Below, piece by piece: positions 1 through 10,371 of a DNA stretch of 64,000 nt. The notes under the pieces were generated by a model that saw nothing but the letters and a program-made list of their open reading frames with translations, was not told where the DNA came from and did not search any database. Positions within the stretch are counted from its first letter, which is position 1. Each line of letters begins with the position of its first letter. Source of the DNA: an uncultured Chloroflexia bacterium (GTDB taxonomy: Bacteria > Chloroflexota > Anaerolineae > Anaerolineales > UBA11858); contig CAVVUX010000002.1 in the NCBI GenBank assembly GCA_963751575.1, positions 742,208-806,207 on the forward strand, written 5' to 3'. The translations under genes were made by a program, and so were the position numbers.

Positions 1-703
1 CAGCTGCGGTCGCAACGCCGACAACCTTCAGATCCTCGGTGACATAGCCCAGACCATCATAGCCGATGGCATTCGGGTTCTGCCTGATCTCAGCACCGAT
101 ACCCTCCGATGAGGGAAGGAGCAGTGTTGTTGGCGAAAAGAGTGTTTTATCCTCTTTTATTCCCATTCTGATGACTTCTTCCAGGAAGTAAACATGGGTG
201 CCGGAATTGGTTTCCCGGGAGAGTCTCACGATCGGACGGTCTTCTCCGCCAACTTCCTGCCAATTATTAATTTTTCCGCTGTATATATCCGAGATCTGCT
301 GCAAGGTTAAATGGTTAACCGGATTATTCAGATTGATGATAATTGCTATCGCATCCCTGGCAATTACATGTTCTACCGGATCTGACCCATTGGCGAGGGC
401 AGAATCCCTTTCGACATCCTTGATCTGTCTGGACGCGTTGGCAATGTCAACTGTGCCGTTAATGAGGGCAGCGATTCCAGTGCCAGACCCCCCTCCAGTC
501 ACTGAAAGCTGGATGGAGGGATTGATTACCTGGTACTCTTCTGCCCAGGCCAGAGCCAAATTTACAATTGTGTCTGAGCCTTTGTTTTCAATGAGTGAGA
601 TCTGGGAGGATGAAGTACCAGTTGAGGAGTTGGGACCAGAACAGCTGGTTTGGGCGAGTCCTAAGATAACGATTAAAGCAATCCCGGATTGAACAATTTT
701 CAT
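1..703 (-). CDS. pstS: Phosphate ABC transporter substrate-binding lipoprotein (partial, runs off window start)
   Basis: Not in the ORF track. Manual minus-strand translation gives MKIVQSGIALIVILGLAQTSC (lipobox), then IENKGSDTIVNLALAWAEEY, SVTGGGSGTGIAALINGTVDIANASR, RETNSGTHVYF and NPNAIGYDGLGY. Divergent from pstB. Confidence 0.92.
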   Translation of the reverse strand, partial: MKIVQSGIALIVILGLAQTSCSGPNSSTGTSSSQISLIENKGSDTIVNLALAWAEEYQVINPSIQLSVTGGGSGTGIAALINGTVDIANASRQIKDVERDSALANGSDPVEHVIARDAIAIIINLNNPVNHLTLQQISDIYSGKINNWQEVGGEDRPIVRLSRETNSGTHVYFLEEVIRMGIKEDKTLFSPTTLLLPSSEGIGAEIRQNPNAIGYDGLGYVTEDLKVVGVATAA

Positions 704-763
704 CATCCAAATTATAGACTGAAAGTAGATCATCAGCAAGCAATCATTCTCTGCTTTTATCAT

Positions 764-784
764 TATCTGTTTGCTAAACAGATA
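764..784. promoter_or_regulatory. Perfect palindrome TATCTGTTT-gct-AAACAGATA between divergent pstS and pstB; candidate operator
   Basis: 9-bp arms with a 3-nt spacer, centred in the intergenic region between two TATAAT boxes (711-716 on minus, 849-854 on plus). Confidence 0.4.
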
Positions 785-861
785 CATCCTGTCAAATTCA
801 ACAGAACAGCAGGCATGGTCCTGATAAAATCCGTGCTTTTAAATGGTATATAATTTGGGGT

Positions 862-1629
862 ATGACCGAAAACGGAACAACTTTTGAGATCAGGAATTTA
901 AATTTTTACTACGGTGAGAAACTGGCATTAAGTCAGATCAATATGGATATCTTGCCGAGGAAGGTAACTGCCTTGATCGGTCCTTCCGGGTGTGGAAAAT
1001 CTACTTTTTTGCGCTGCTTAAACAGAATGAATGACACCATTCCCGGCACCAGGTTGGAGGGCAAGATCACACTTTCTGGGGAGGATATCTATGCCAGGGA
1101 AATGGATCTGGCTGAGCTCCGTCAGAAAGTTGGTATGGTTTTTCAAAAACCTAATCCATTCCCAAAATCTGTTTTTGATAATGTAGCCTATGGCCCCCGG
1201 GTGCTCGGAATCGCAGGCACCAGGTCAAACTTGGAAAAGATCGTTGAGACCAGTCTGAAAAGAGCGGCTCTGTGGGAAACTGTCAAGGATCATTTGCAGG
1301 ATAACGCATTAAACCTTTCCCTTGGTCAGCAGCAAAGATTGTGTATCGCCAGGGTCCTGGCTGTCAAAGCTGAGGTTATCTTGATGGATGAACCTTGCTC
1401 CGCGTTGGACCCGATCGATACTGCAAGAGTAGAAGAATTGATACGTGAATTAAGAAAGCTGTATACGATCGTTATCGTCACTCATAATATGCAGCAAGCT
1501 GCCCGAGTCTCGGACCATACCGGATTATTCTGGTTGGGAGAATTGATCGAGTTCAATCCTACTGACAGATTGTTTACTAATCCGGAACACGATTTGACAG
1601 AATCGTATATTACCGGGCGTCTCGGGTAA
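862..1629 (+). CDS. pstB: Phosphate ABC transporter ATP-binding protein
   Basis: Walker [24 protein letters not shown], signature LSLGQQQRL, Walker [27 protein letters not shown]-terminal YITGRLG. Confidence 0.96.
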   Translation: MTENGTTFEIRNLNFYYGEKLALSQINMDILPRKVTALIGPSGCGKSTFLRCLNRMNDTIPGTRLEGKITLSGEDIYAREMDLAELRQKVGMVFQKPNPFPKSVFDNVAYGPRVLGIAGTRSNLEKIVETSLKRAALWETVKDHLQDNALNLSLGQQQRLCIARVLAVKAEVILMDEPCSALDPIDTARVEELIRELRKLYTIVIVTHNMQQAARVSDHTGLFWLGELIEFNPTDRLFTNPEHDLTESYITGRLG

Positions 1630-1660
1630 GTTCCGTGCGGGTTAGATAATTTATAGAAAT

Positions 1661-1696
1661 AAAAAACCTTCCAGCACTTATTGGAAGGTTTTTTTT
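1661..1696. terminator. Bidirectional intrinsic terminator
   Basis: AAAAAACCTTCCA-loop-TGGAAGGTTTTTT between convergent genes. Confidence 0.85.
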
Positions 1697-1708
1697 CAGG
1701 TAGATAGG

Positions 1709-2572
1709 TTATGGCAGGGGGCTGAAACTGTCAACAACGCTTTCGAACAGTGGAAGGTTTGTTGTGTATAGTTCTGCGGGTGTTGTAAATACCAGATTCC
1801 AGGCGGATTCTTCTCCCAGGATCGCATAGATGATCTGTTTGCCAGCTCCCATTTCCAGATCGATCACATCCAGGATGACCCGCTCCATGGGATATGGAGA
1901 ATCCTGGTAGAGTTCGCGGCTCGAGATCTCGAAATCGACCTCACTGTCGGATAGAGCTTCATTTAATAGATCCTCGGTCGTTGATCCGAGAGACCATTCA
2001 AGACTGGCAAGGATTATTGCTGATTGACTGTTTTCTTCAATTGCCAGGATAAAATCGAACTCCGGCAGCTCTTCAAGTTCGATCTGTTCAAGTGTTGGCT
2101 GAGGTTCTGCTCCTAACTCTTCGCTGAGGTCTTGAGCAAATTCCGCGAAACCCTCTGTAAATGCCTGCATCACACTGAACATCATTTCCATCATCACACC
2201 TGCAAAATCAAGGACTTCAAAACCGGGTGGGATTTGGATAGAAGCAGTTTTTCCATTCACCCCTGTCCATCCTGTTCGATCTGCAAAGATGGTTGGGTAG
2301 GTAATCTCAGATGCTTCCAGCACGAGGCTTATTTGATAATTGGCGGGATCTTGGGTTGGTAAAGGGGTTGGACTGGGAATTGGTGTCAGAGTTGGTGTCA
2401 GGGTTGGTACCGGGGTCCAGGTGGGAGGGAGGCCTGATAAGGCCGTGGCCCTGGGCACAATATCGGTCGCGGATAATTGTGGTTGAGCAGCGGGAGGCTG
2501 GATCAAACCGCAGGAGGATGTAAAGATGATGATCAGCGTGACAATCAATAATGACCTTGAACTTTTCTTCAT
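1709..2572 (-). CDS. Hypothetical lipoprotein with Pro/Thr-rich linker
   Basis: Signal peptide ending FTSSC, LPPTWTPVPTLTPTLTPIPSPTP linker, acidic C-terminal domain. Confidence 0.75.
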   Translation of the reverse strand: MKKSSRSLLIVTLIIIFTSSCGLIQPPAAQPQLSATDIVPRATALSGLPPTWTPVPTLTPTLTPIPSPTPLPTQDPANYQISLVLEASEITYPTIFADRTGWTGVNGKTASIQIPPGFEVLDFAGVMMEMMFSVMQAFTEGFAEFAQDLSEELGAEPQPTLEQIELEELPEFDFILAIEENSQSAIILASLEWSLGSTTEDLLNEALSDSEVDFEISSRELYQDSPYPMERVILDVIDLEMGAGKQIIYAILGEESAWNLVFTTPAELYTTNLPLFESVVDSFSPLP

Positions 2573-2586
2573 TGGCTTCCTTTATT

Positions 2587-3069
2587 CTAATTTACAGCTG
2601 CTCTTCCCCGTGAGAGTTCTGGCTTCCGCATCTGAATCAAAGATACACCAATGCCATAGGTGATGAAATCGCCGATCGGGGACACTTCGATTAGACAATT
2701 GTCATTAATGAAATCTTGATCATCAGCTTTATGCCTAAAAACAGATTGCAGCAATTCTTGGGGAGCTTCACTTGCAGGAATGATGCGGGCTGTCCCAGAA
2801 AAAGAAATCGTTGCCTGGGGGATCTTGATCCAGGGCATGACCGGAATCCGTTTGGCAATCGGAATCGTCAGCGACACGGAGTTATTTTCCTTAATATGAC
2901 GGACTTTCCAGGTTTTCAATCCCGTACCGATGTAGAATTTTCTGTCATTTATAAGATAGACAATTCCTACAGTTCTGGATTCCTGATCCCCTGTTACCAT
3001 ACCAAGGACTGCAAAGAGTTGATCCTCAATAGCTTTCCAGACTATTTCTGTGGTTGCGGGATTGTTCAT
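2587..3069 (-). CDS. Pyridoxamine 5'-phosphate oxidase-like (flavin/F420-binding split-barrel) family protein
   Basis: FAVLGMVT...SRTVGIVY...FYIGT...KVRHIKENNSVSLT pattern. Start moved to the ATG at 3069 because of an AGGAG RBS. Confidence 0.7.
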   Translation of the reverse strand: MNNPATTEIVWKAIEDQLFAVLGMVTGDQESRTVGIVYLINDRKFYIGTGLKTWKVRHIKENNSVSLTIPIAKRIPVMPWIKIPQATISFSGTARIIPASEAPQELLQSVFRHKADDQDFINDNCLIEVSPIGDFITYGIGVSLIQMRKPELSRGRAAVN

Positions 3070-3214
3070 TCGTCTGGCTCCTGGTTGCATTGTCATCGAT
3101 AGGGCAGGTGGATCTATTTGTAAATCATAACACAGTAGGTTCCATGGCTGATGTGATGATCAGGGTCAGGAGGTTTTCCAGCTCAGATAACCTCCTGACA
3201 AGAGAGACCGGGTA

Positions 3215-4186
3215 TTATTTAAAACTTATCGAGCCCGACCCTTGATCGATCACCATCTCTATTGTGTATTTTGATCCATCATAGTTATCAGAGACCCAGG
3301 TTCCATCACCCCGTTTTTCACCGCTGACAAGGTTAAAATCTTCCCCGGGATTGAAGGAACCGCTGCCGGAATCCAGTTTGACCCTGATTCCAGTACTTTC
3401 GGGGATATTGATCCTCAGGCTGCCGGACCCGCTGTCAATTTTCACTGTAAAGGATTGTTCTGAAGGAAGTAACAGGCTGATTGATCCTGAGCCGCTATCC
3501 AGAACTAGATCTGCAACGAGCAACCTTGCCAGGTCAAATTCGCAGCTGCCAGACCCAGAATCCAGTGTCAGATCGAGTGGGATATCCGGCGTGAGATAAA
3601 TATCCCAGGATGCGTTGGGACCAGATTGGAAGGGATAGGAAACCCAGTTATTGACCAATCTAGTGTCGAGGATGACATCAGCGGTTTTTCCCTGGGAGTC
3701 CACCTCAAATACCAGCTCTCCCTGATAGGTGAGATCACCCTCGATTAAATTCTTTGACCCTTCCAGAGCTCCCAGGTACCCTGGCTGGCTGGTCCAATCG
3801 ATGAATACATTGGCGGATTGATAACCATCCAGGGTTTGCTCAATATGGGAAGTTTCCCAGGGTGAGTCGCGGGTAAAGCGGCTGAATGCAGGCAGCTGGT
3901 CTGCAAAATATGCAGCCCCAGCCGCACCAGCGATCAAAACCAGGATCAGGATAGCGCTGATGACCGCACCCAGAGTTGAGCGCTGTCCGACCAGCACATC
4001 AATCCCGATCGCGATCAGGACCAGGGGCCAGAAACGCCAGAGCAGATTCCAGGTGCTCCAATCGACAAGGCCCAGATTCGACAAAAGCAGCAGTATGCCA
4101 GCTGAGATCAACAGGATAGGCCAGAAGAAAGACCGGGATCGTCGTCTTCCGGTCTGGATGGGTTCAAGATGATTGTTGTCAGTCAT
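3215..4186 (-). CDS. DUF5668/LiaF-like membrane protein with C-terminal beta-solenoid (toast-rack/adhesin-like) repeats
   Basis: N-terminal FWPILLISAGILLLLSNLG...LWRFWPLVLIAIGIDVL helices and five D(S/Q)GSGS repeats. Confidence 0.75.
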   Translation of the reverse strand: MTDNNHLEPIQTGRRRSRSFFWPILLISAGILLLLSNLGLVDWSTWNLLWRFWPLVLIAIGIDVLVGQRSTLGAVISAILILVLIAGAAGAAYFADQLPAFSRFTRDSPWETSHIEQTLDGYQSANVFIDWTSQPGYLGALEGSKNLIEGDLTYQGELVFEVDSQGKTADVILDTRLVNNWVSYPFQSGPNASWDIYLTPDIPLDLTLDSGSGSCEFDLARLLVADLVLDSGSGSISLLLPSEQSFTVKIDSGSGSLRINIPESTGIRVKLDSGSGSFNPGEDFNLVSGEKRGDGTWVSDNYDGSKYTIEMVIDQGSGSISFK

Positions 4187-4327
4187 AATTCTCTCCTAGA
4201 TGGTGCTGGTTTGAAATTAATAGCATAAAATAAGGTAACCTGATGATAAATATACGGATTAGCGGTTGCCGAGTTGTAAACTCTGGTAGGGGAATATTAC
4301 CATTTGTTAGATCACAAAGGTCATTCG

Positions 4328-5296
4328 ATGCGAATTCATTTTAAACGATTGCTTGAAAATGAGCAGCAAAAATTCCTGTGTTCTGGACTGGACGAAGGCA
4401 TCAGCATCACCTCGGGAGATCTTTTATCAGGGCAGGAGGATGTTAGGATCCTGGTCGCCGGCAGGCCAAACCGGGATGATCTAGAACAGCTTCCCAATCT
4501 GGACACACTGATTATTCCCTGGACAGGTATTCCGGAAGAGACCAGATCAATCCTGGTCAATTTTCCAGATCTGAGAGTTCATAACCTGCATCATAACGCA
4601 GCTTCAACAGCTGAATTGGCGATTTCTTTATTAATGGCTGTGGCAAAACAAATCATACCGATGGATCGCTTGCTGCGGGCTGGCAATTGGCAGCCGCGCT
4701 ATCAGAACAACGATACGATCTTATTGTCAGGAAAAAACGCTCTGCTGGTGGGTTATGGAGAGATTGGGCAGCGGATCAAGATTGGACTGGATGGCCTGGG
4801 CGTGAACACGAAAGTAATCAGGAGAAATCCTGAGCCCGTTGCCGCTGACAATTTTATTCATGGGCCAGATTCACTTCATGAGCTGCTGCCCGGGTCCGAG
4901 ATCCTGATCCTGGCCATTCCATACACAAAAGATACCAAGGACTTCATCGATGAAAGGGAATTTTCCCTTTTACCTCCAACTGCTATTCTGATCAATATCG
5001 CAAGAGGAAAAATCGTCAATCAAAGCGCTTTGTACAGGGCATTAGCTGATAAGCGGATCTTTGGCGCTGGCCTGGACGTCTGGTATAACTACCCGGATTC
5101 AAAAGAGGCCAGGGAAAGTACTATGCCTGGAGATTATCCGTTCCATGAATTGGACAACCTTGTTTTAAGTCCTCATCGGGGAGGGATGGTGGTAGAAACG
5201 GAAAAATTGCGGATGGAGGATCTTGCCAGGTTGATCAATGCTGCCAGCAGGGGGGAAGAGATCCCGAATCAGGTTGATCTCGAGCTTGGTTACTGA
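4328..5296 (+). CDS. D-isomer-specific 2-hydroxyacid dehydrogenase family protein
   Basis: NAASTAELA, GYGEIG Rossmann motif, LINIARG, AGLDVW, LSPHRGG. Confidence 0.9.
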   Translation: MRIHFKRLLENEQQKFLCSGLDEGISITSGDLLSGQEDVRILVAGRPNRDDLEQLPNLDTLIIPWTGIPEETRSILVNFPDLRVHNLHHNAASTAELAISLLMAVAKQIIPMDRLLRAGNWQPRYQNNDTILLSGKNALLVGYGEIGQRIKIGLDGLGVNTKVIRRNPEPVAADNFIHGPDSLHELLPGSEILILAIPYTKDTKDFIDEREFSLLPPTAILINIARGKIVNQSALYRALADKRIFGAGLDVWYNYPDSKEARESTMPGDYPFHELDNLVLSPHRGGMVVETEKLRMEDLARLINAASRGEEIPNQVDLELGY

Positions 5297-5306
5297 CCCG
5301 TTAGTT

Positions 5307-6290
5307 TTATAAGATACCTTGGTTAATAAACCACTTAATGCTGTCCCGGGCGGTCTCTTCCAGGAACCTGACATTAAATTTGAATTCTTTTTTCGCTTTA
5401 TCAGTATTGTAACCTTGCCAGCGCGTGTAAGCCCGGAGCTGGTCCTGGGCAGGAGGGATAAAAGGAATCAGGTCAGCTGCGCCAATATAAAAGTCGATTA
5501 ACCCGGGAGGAAGGGTAAACAGGGGAGGTTTGACATCAGCGATGCTGCCAATTATTTTAACCGCCTGCATGATCTGGTAATTATCACCACCCAGAATATA
5601 CCTCTGGCCGGTCTTTCCGATCCTGGCGGCGATAACATGAGCTGCAGCTGCATCCCTGACATCGATAATATTTACTACTCCAGGAGGAACTGCTTTGGCC
5701 TGGCCTCGCGCGATCATCAATAATATTTCACTTGAGCTGACATGGACGTCACCAGGTCCAAGAACAAGGGTGGGATTTAAGATGACAATATCGTATCCAA
5801 CCCCGGCAGCATCCAGGGCTAGATTTTCCATCGCGCTTTTAACCTCAAAATAGGCATTATCTGGCAGCGTTCCAAATTGATAAAAATCCCGTTCATCCGC
5901 CAACCGGTTTTGGCCTGCCTCCGGTATACCGATCGTTGTCAAACTGCTTGTATAGATTAATCTTCTGATCTTCGTCTCTCTGGTCGCCCTGATCACATTT
6001 TTCATTTGGTTTGAAGCAAACTCAACATATTCGCGAGTATTTCCGCGTTTCCCTCCGGCTGGATAGCTGGCCCCGGCATGAAACACAAAATCCATGCCAG
6101 CCATGGCTTTGGCCAGGGAGGCATAGTCATTCAGGTTCCCGTCTATCCATTGGATGGGATAGTTCTCGAGTTGACCGGTAGCTGTTGGATCCCTTCTCAG
6201 CCCGGATACATTCCACCCGACTTCCAGGGCTTTTTGGGCAATATGTCCCCCAATAAAACCCGTAGCACCAAGCACCAAGACGTTATACAT
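5307..6290 (-). CDS. NAD-dependent epimerase/dehydratase (dihydroflavonol reductase/HpnA-like SDR)
   Basis: VLVLGATGFIG, YTSS, YFEVK (YxxxK), NPTLVLGPGD, IIDVRDAAAAH. Confidence 0.88.
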   Translation of the reverse strand: MYNVLVLGATGFIGGHIAQKALEVGWNVSGLRRDPTATGQLENYPIQWIDGNLNDYASLAKAMAGMDFVFHAGASYPAGGKRGNTREYVEFASNQMKNVIRATRETKIRRLIYTSSLTTIGIPEAGQNRLADERDFYQFGTLPDNAYFEVKSAMENLALDAAGVGYDIVILNPTLVLGPGDVHVSSSEILLMIARGQAKAVPPGVVNIIDVRDAAAAHVIAARIGKTGQRYILGGDNYQIMQAVKIIGSIADVKPPLFTLPPGLIDFYIGAADLIPFIPPAQDQLRAYTRWQGYNTDKAKKEFKFNVRFLEETARDSIKWFINQGIL

Positions 6291-6293
6291 CGA

Positions 6294-6716
6294 TCAGGTT
6301 CCTTTCTTTCTGTTGTGGGGATCTTTCTGGATCAGATCGATCTCATCCTCATAATCAAGGATTTTGATAGCCTGTTCAATCGTTAGCCAGCGGACCTCAT
6401 CCACTTCTCCATTCATTTTTTGTGGCTGATATGATTTGATATCCATATGCCAGAACAAAACAACTTTGGGATATCCGTTAAGGTTATAGGATATGCTGCC
6501 AGCAAAATCAGTGATCTTCCCGGTGCAGCCTGTTTCTTCCAGTACTTCTCTCAGAGCAGCTTTGGCCCAGAATTCCCCTGGATCAACTTTTCCCTTAGGA
6601 AGAGACCAATCGTTATGCTTTCGGCGGTGGACAACGGCCAGTTTTTTTTCATCCTCTTCTGTTTTCCAGACAATTCCCCCGGCTGCCAGAATGACAGAAT
6701 TCTTTCTCTTTGTCAA
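6294..6716 (-). CDS. NUDIX hydrolase
   Basis: AAGGIVW, WSLPKG, Nudix box GKVDPGEFWAKAALREVLEETG; TTG start with AAGGAG RBS. Confidence 0.92.
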   Translation of the reverse strand: MTKRKNSVILAAGGIVWKTEEDEKKLAVVHRRKHNDWSLPKGKVDPGEFWAKAALREVLEETGCTGKITDFAGSISYNLNGYPKVVLFWHMDIKSYQPQKMNGEVDEVRWLTIEQAIKILDYEDEIDLIQKDPHNRKKGT

Positions 6717-6837
6717 TATTGTGCTCCTTTGTGATGCTAAAGACTGAACCGGGTTAATTTTATCATACGGACAGTGATCCCCATTCAGTTGCAGCAGACA
6801 ATGGGTAGGCGATGATCTTGGGTTTGGTTGAGAATTA

Positions 6838-7959
6838 TTACATCCAGGGTTCAGGAATTTCCTGTATTCTTTGGACTATTTCCTGCTGTTCCAATACTGA
6901 ATAGTAATGTCTTACTGCGGAAACATAGATATTCTTGTCATTTTTCAAACACCATTTACAAATTTGCAGGAGTTCGTGCAGTCCTTGCTGCATGGCAAGT
7001 CCTTCCGGAATCCCAAATCTGTAGGTGAGCAGGTATGGATTCTCTTCGTTCAAATAGGAAAGGATTGATTCCAGAGCTTGGATTAGATCAGGGAGAGGGG
7101 GTTTTTCTTCCAAGTGTTGAATTGCCTGGGCTGGAAGTTCCAGGTCAATAATGAAGATATCCAAAACCGTGGGGCTGTGCAGTAATTTTGCCAGTTGGAC
7201 CTCGTGTTTAAGTTCGAGATCTCCTGGCAAAGGGAGGTTTTCTCCTCCTGGGTCTGTCCCCTGGATTTCGATTTCAAACCGTTCATTGGTGATTTCTGGA
7301 TCATGGCTGTCCTCGGCTGTAGATGCCAGTGAGTAGACGGCATCCATAACCTCGGCAGCATGGGACTGAAAATAGACTTTTTTGGCGATTCCTTCAGGGA
7401 GAATTGCAGGAGCCAATACCTGTCCGATCTTCATTTTTAAGGCCGGACGTTTTAATTTTAATCCTGCATCCATCGCGCCGGCTGTATTATTAAAACCTAC
7501 CGGCAAGATCGGTGCCCCGGATCTGTAGCTCAACCAGGATATGCCAGGTAAAGCTTTTTGTTTTCCAACATCCCAAATCCCACCTTCTGGAAAAAGACCA
7601 ACGATTCCTTCTTGTTCGAGAACATCCAGCGCGCTGCTTAAAGCTGCCCGATCGTAAGCTCCTCGCTTGATCGGAATTGATCCATAAAGAGTATTGATTA
7701 ATTGGGTGATTTTTTCTGCCGGAACGTCAGCTGCGCTCAACATTTCTATCTGCCAGGGGGAAAATCCATTCAGGAGCACGACTTCCATCGCACCTGTGTG
7801 ATTTCCAACAACCAGCAAGGGCCCTTTTTTTGGCAAATTTTCCTTTCCGCTGATTTCAACTTTGAAAAGGAGACTGAGCAGGATCTTGAAAAATATACGG
7901 ATCAGGAATCTGGAGATTCTTCTGCGGGGATAAGTTGCCGGGCCTTGTTTGTTTAGCAT
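6838..7959 (-). CDS. Lysophospholipid/1-acyl-sn-glycerol-3-phosphate acyltransferase family protein with C-terminal extension
   Basis: VVGNHTGAME (NHx4D/E), PIKRG, GLFPEGG, APILPV, then about 160 aa of unknown C-terminal domain. Confidence 0.85.
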   Translation of the reverse strand: MLNKQGPATYPRRRISRFLIRIFFKILLSLLFKVEISGKENLPKKGPLLVVGNHTGAMEVVLLNGFSPWQIEMLSAADVPAEKITQLINTLYGSIPIKRGAYDRAALSSALDVLEQEGIVGLFPEGGIWDVGKQKALPGISWLSYRSGAPILPVGFNNTAGAMDAGLKLKRPALKMKIGQVLAPAILPEGIAKKVYFQSHAAEVMDAVYSLASTAEDSHDPEITNERFEIEIQGTDPGGENLPLPGDLELKHEVQLAKLLHSPTVLDIFIIDLELPAQAIQHLEEKPPLPDLIQALESILSYLNEENPYLLTYRFGIPEGLAMQQGLHELLQICKWCLKNDKNIYVSAVRHYYSVLEQQEIVQRIQEIPEPWM

Positions 7960-8049
7960 AATTTCCTGCAGATTACGAGGCTTCCTGACAGATGGATTTG
8001 CGTCTGTTCGATCGCTGGTTGGAGGATAATAATTTCAACTCTGATTATA

Positions 8050-8787
8050 TCAATCTTGGTTTAGTTTCTGACCAGCTGCGTGATCGACCATCCAGATCAA
8101 TTTTCCCTGGTCCGGCTTGATTAGCTGGCTGGGGTATTTTCGAGGCTGGAAAGGCCCTTCCAGCACTTGCTGCAGTGTGTCTGCTTTGTTGTTCCCGGCG
8201 ACAAGGATAATTATCATCTTGGCAGCGTTGATCAACCTGGGTGTAAAGGTGACTCTCCAGGAATTAATTTGAGGGACTTGATCCGAAGCGACCCATTCAT
8301 AGGCTTCTGGAGCTGTTATGATATTTGTTCCAGGAAATAAAGAAGCAGTATGGCCATCTTCTCCCATTCCCAGGAGTATTAAGTCAAATCTGGGGGGGAG
8401 GTCAGGCAGCCACTTCAAGATCTCATTTTGATAGATGGTTGCCGCCTTGATTGGATCCAGTTCTCCTTTGATCCGATGGATATTTTGAGGTTGGATCATC
8501 AGCGGTTGGAGCAGTTTTAGATTGGCGCGTCTGTAATTGCTTTGCGGATCATCAGGAGGCACGACCCTTTCATCCCCCCAGAAAAAATGGATCCTGTTCC
8601 AATCCACGATCTCGGCTGAACCTTCCGCGGTGAGGTGTTCAAAGACCGAGTCTGGAGTGGTTCCGCCGGATAGTACGACTGTAAATTGGCCCGTCTGCTT
8701 AATCGAATTCGAGGCCAGATCGATGAATAGACCCGCTGCTGCTGCAGCCATTTGGTTAAGATCTGGATAAATTTGGATGCTGGTCAC
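8050..8787 (-). CDS. pgl: 6-phosphogluconolactonase
   Basis: VLSGGTTP, FFWGDERVVPPDDPQSNY, FDLILLGMGEDGHTASLFPG. Confidence 0.95.
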   Translation of the reverse strand: MTSIQIYPDLNQMAAAAAGLFIDLASNSIKQTGQFTVVLSGGTTPDSVFEHLTAEGSAEIVDWNRIHFFWGDERVVPPDDPQSNYRRANLKLLQPLMIQPQNIHRIKGELDPIKAATIYQNEILKWLPDLPPRFDLILLGMGEDGHTASLFPGTNIITAPEAYEWVASDQVPQINSWRVTFTPRLINAAKMIIILVAGNNKADTLQQVLEGPFQPRKYPSQLIKPDQGKLIWMVDHAAGQKLNQD

Positions 8788-8929
8788 GTAGTGTCCTTTT
8801 CGATCTAAAACATGATCAATAATATAAGTATACCCGATGCAAATCTAACCCTAAAATTTCTAAATTTTGACCTAGATCAGCTGTGATATACTAGCTCTCA
8901 GCGAGTAACTTATTTGGAATTAAGGTGTT

Positions 8930-9496
8930 ATGAGTAGTAGTGCAGATCTGAATAATAACAATAAATCTGAGAGCGACCTGATTTCCCTGGCTTCTGAAGG
9001 AAATGCAGATGCATTTGGACAATTATACGAAAAGTATATCGATCAGATTTATAATTATATTTTTTTCCGGACCAGTAACGGGAAGGATGCTGAAGACATT
9101 TGTTCCAGGGTTTTCTTGAGAGCTCTCAAACATATTGAGAGGTATGAAGACCGGGGATATCCATTTTCAGCCTGGTTGTACCGGATCGCGCACAATTTGG
9201 TTGTAAATTGGTACCGGGACAGCGAGCGATCAGATGAAATCTCGCTTGCCGATCAGTATCCCCCTCCTACAATCGAGGGAACGATTGAAGACAGGCTAGA
9301 AAAGAAAGACGAAGAAAGACAATTGATGGCAATCATCAACAGTTTGCCAGAGGATCGCAAAGAACTATTGATCCTGAAGCATGTTGAAGACTTAACAAAT
9401 TATGAAATCGGCCAGATCATGGATCGGACCGAAGGTGCGATCAAAGCCTTATATCATCGAACGCTGGAGTCCCTGCGGGATGATTATGGCCTTTGA
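8930..9496 (+). CDS. ECF-type sigma-70 factor
   Basis: Region 2 AFGQLYEKY...DAEDICSRVF...FSAWLYRIAHN; region 4 LTNYEIGQIMDRTEGAIKALYHR. Confidence 0.92.
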   Translation: MSSSADLNNNNKSESDLISLASEGNADAFGQLYEKYIDQIYNYIFFRTSNGKDAEDICSRVFLRALKHIERYEDRGYPFSAWLYRIAHNLVVNWYRDSERSDEISLADQYPPPTIEGTIEDRLEKKDEERQLMAIINSLPEDRKELLILKHVEDLTNYEIGQIMDRTEGAIKALYHRTLESLRDDYGL

Positions 9497-9511
9497 AAAC
9501 AAGGATATCTG

Positions 9512-10370
9512 ATGCTGCGGATTGTAATGGACAGTGCTGGGGATTTACCACAGGAATGGATCTCCCAATATCAAATTGAGATCATTCCCATTAATGTTCA
9601 TATGGGAGACAAAGTCTTCCTGGAGAATGTTGACCTCACCATTGATCAATTTTATAGCTGGGTTAAAGAAGACCGGGAAAGTTCCTCAAACCTCACAGCC
9701 ATCTCCCCAGCAGTATATCGAGTTCTACCGGAGCTTTGCTCAACCGGGGGATGTGATCTTATCGATCCACCTGACCAGCAAGTTGTCAGGGACTTTTAAA
9801 TCTGCCCTCCTGGCTGCAAAAGAGTTGGAGCATGAACCCTTCCGGGTCATTCCTTTTGATACTTTGGCTGGCACGGGGATCCAGGGATATATGTGTCGGG
9901 AAGCCAGGATCATGGATCAGCAGGGTGCTGATGCCGATCAAATACTAGAACGCCTGAAGCAGATCAGGGAGAAGACACAGGTAATATTCACTGTGGATAA
10001 CCTGGAATTTGCCCGTAAAAGCGGAAGGGTAAAGAGGCTGGAAGCTGTCCTGGCATCGATTTTAAATATCAAACCAATTATTACTCTCAGCGAAGGATCA
10101 TTGGCTGTCGCCGATAAAGTCAGGACCAGGAGAGCATCTCTGGATTTCATCCTTCAGGAAATGTCTCGCAGAATGGAAGGAAATCTCATTAATGCGGCTA
10201 TTATGCATGCTCATGATCTTGCAACCGCACTGGATTTATCAGAACGCATAGAGGAATTTTTGAATATTAGGGATTTATTCATTGAAGAATTATCAGTCGC
10301 CATTGCAACACATCTTGGCCCAGGTACGGTTGGGATTGTTGCCTACCCTGTAGAGGAAGGGATTAACTAG
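9512..10370 (+). CDS. DegV/FakB family fatty-acid-binding protein (one frameshift near 9665, probably a sequencing error)
   Basis: MLRIVMDSAGDLP in one frame joins PQTSQPSP...SIHLTSKLSGT...KSGR...LNIKPII...THLGPGTVG in another; removing one A restores it. Confidence 0.88.
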
Positions 10371-10371
10371 A

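Noticed and set aside
198..692. 164-aa plus-strand ORF in the track
   Set aside because: It is the antisense shadow of pstS, which has clear family motifs on the minus strand.
2350..2430. Short tandem nucleotide repeats (TGGTGTCAG...)
   Set aside because: They simply encode the Pro/Thr linker of the lipoprotein and are not a CRISPR or mobile repeat.
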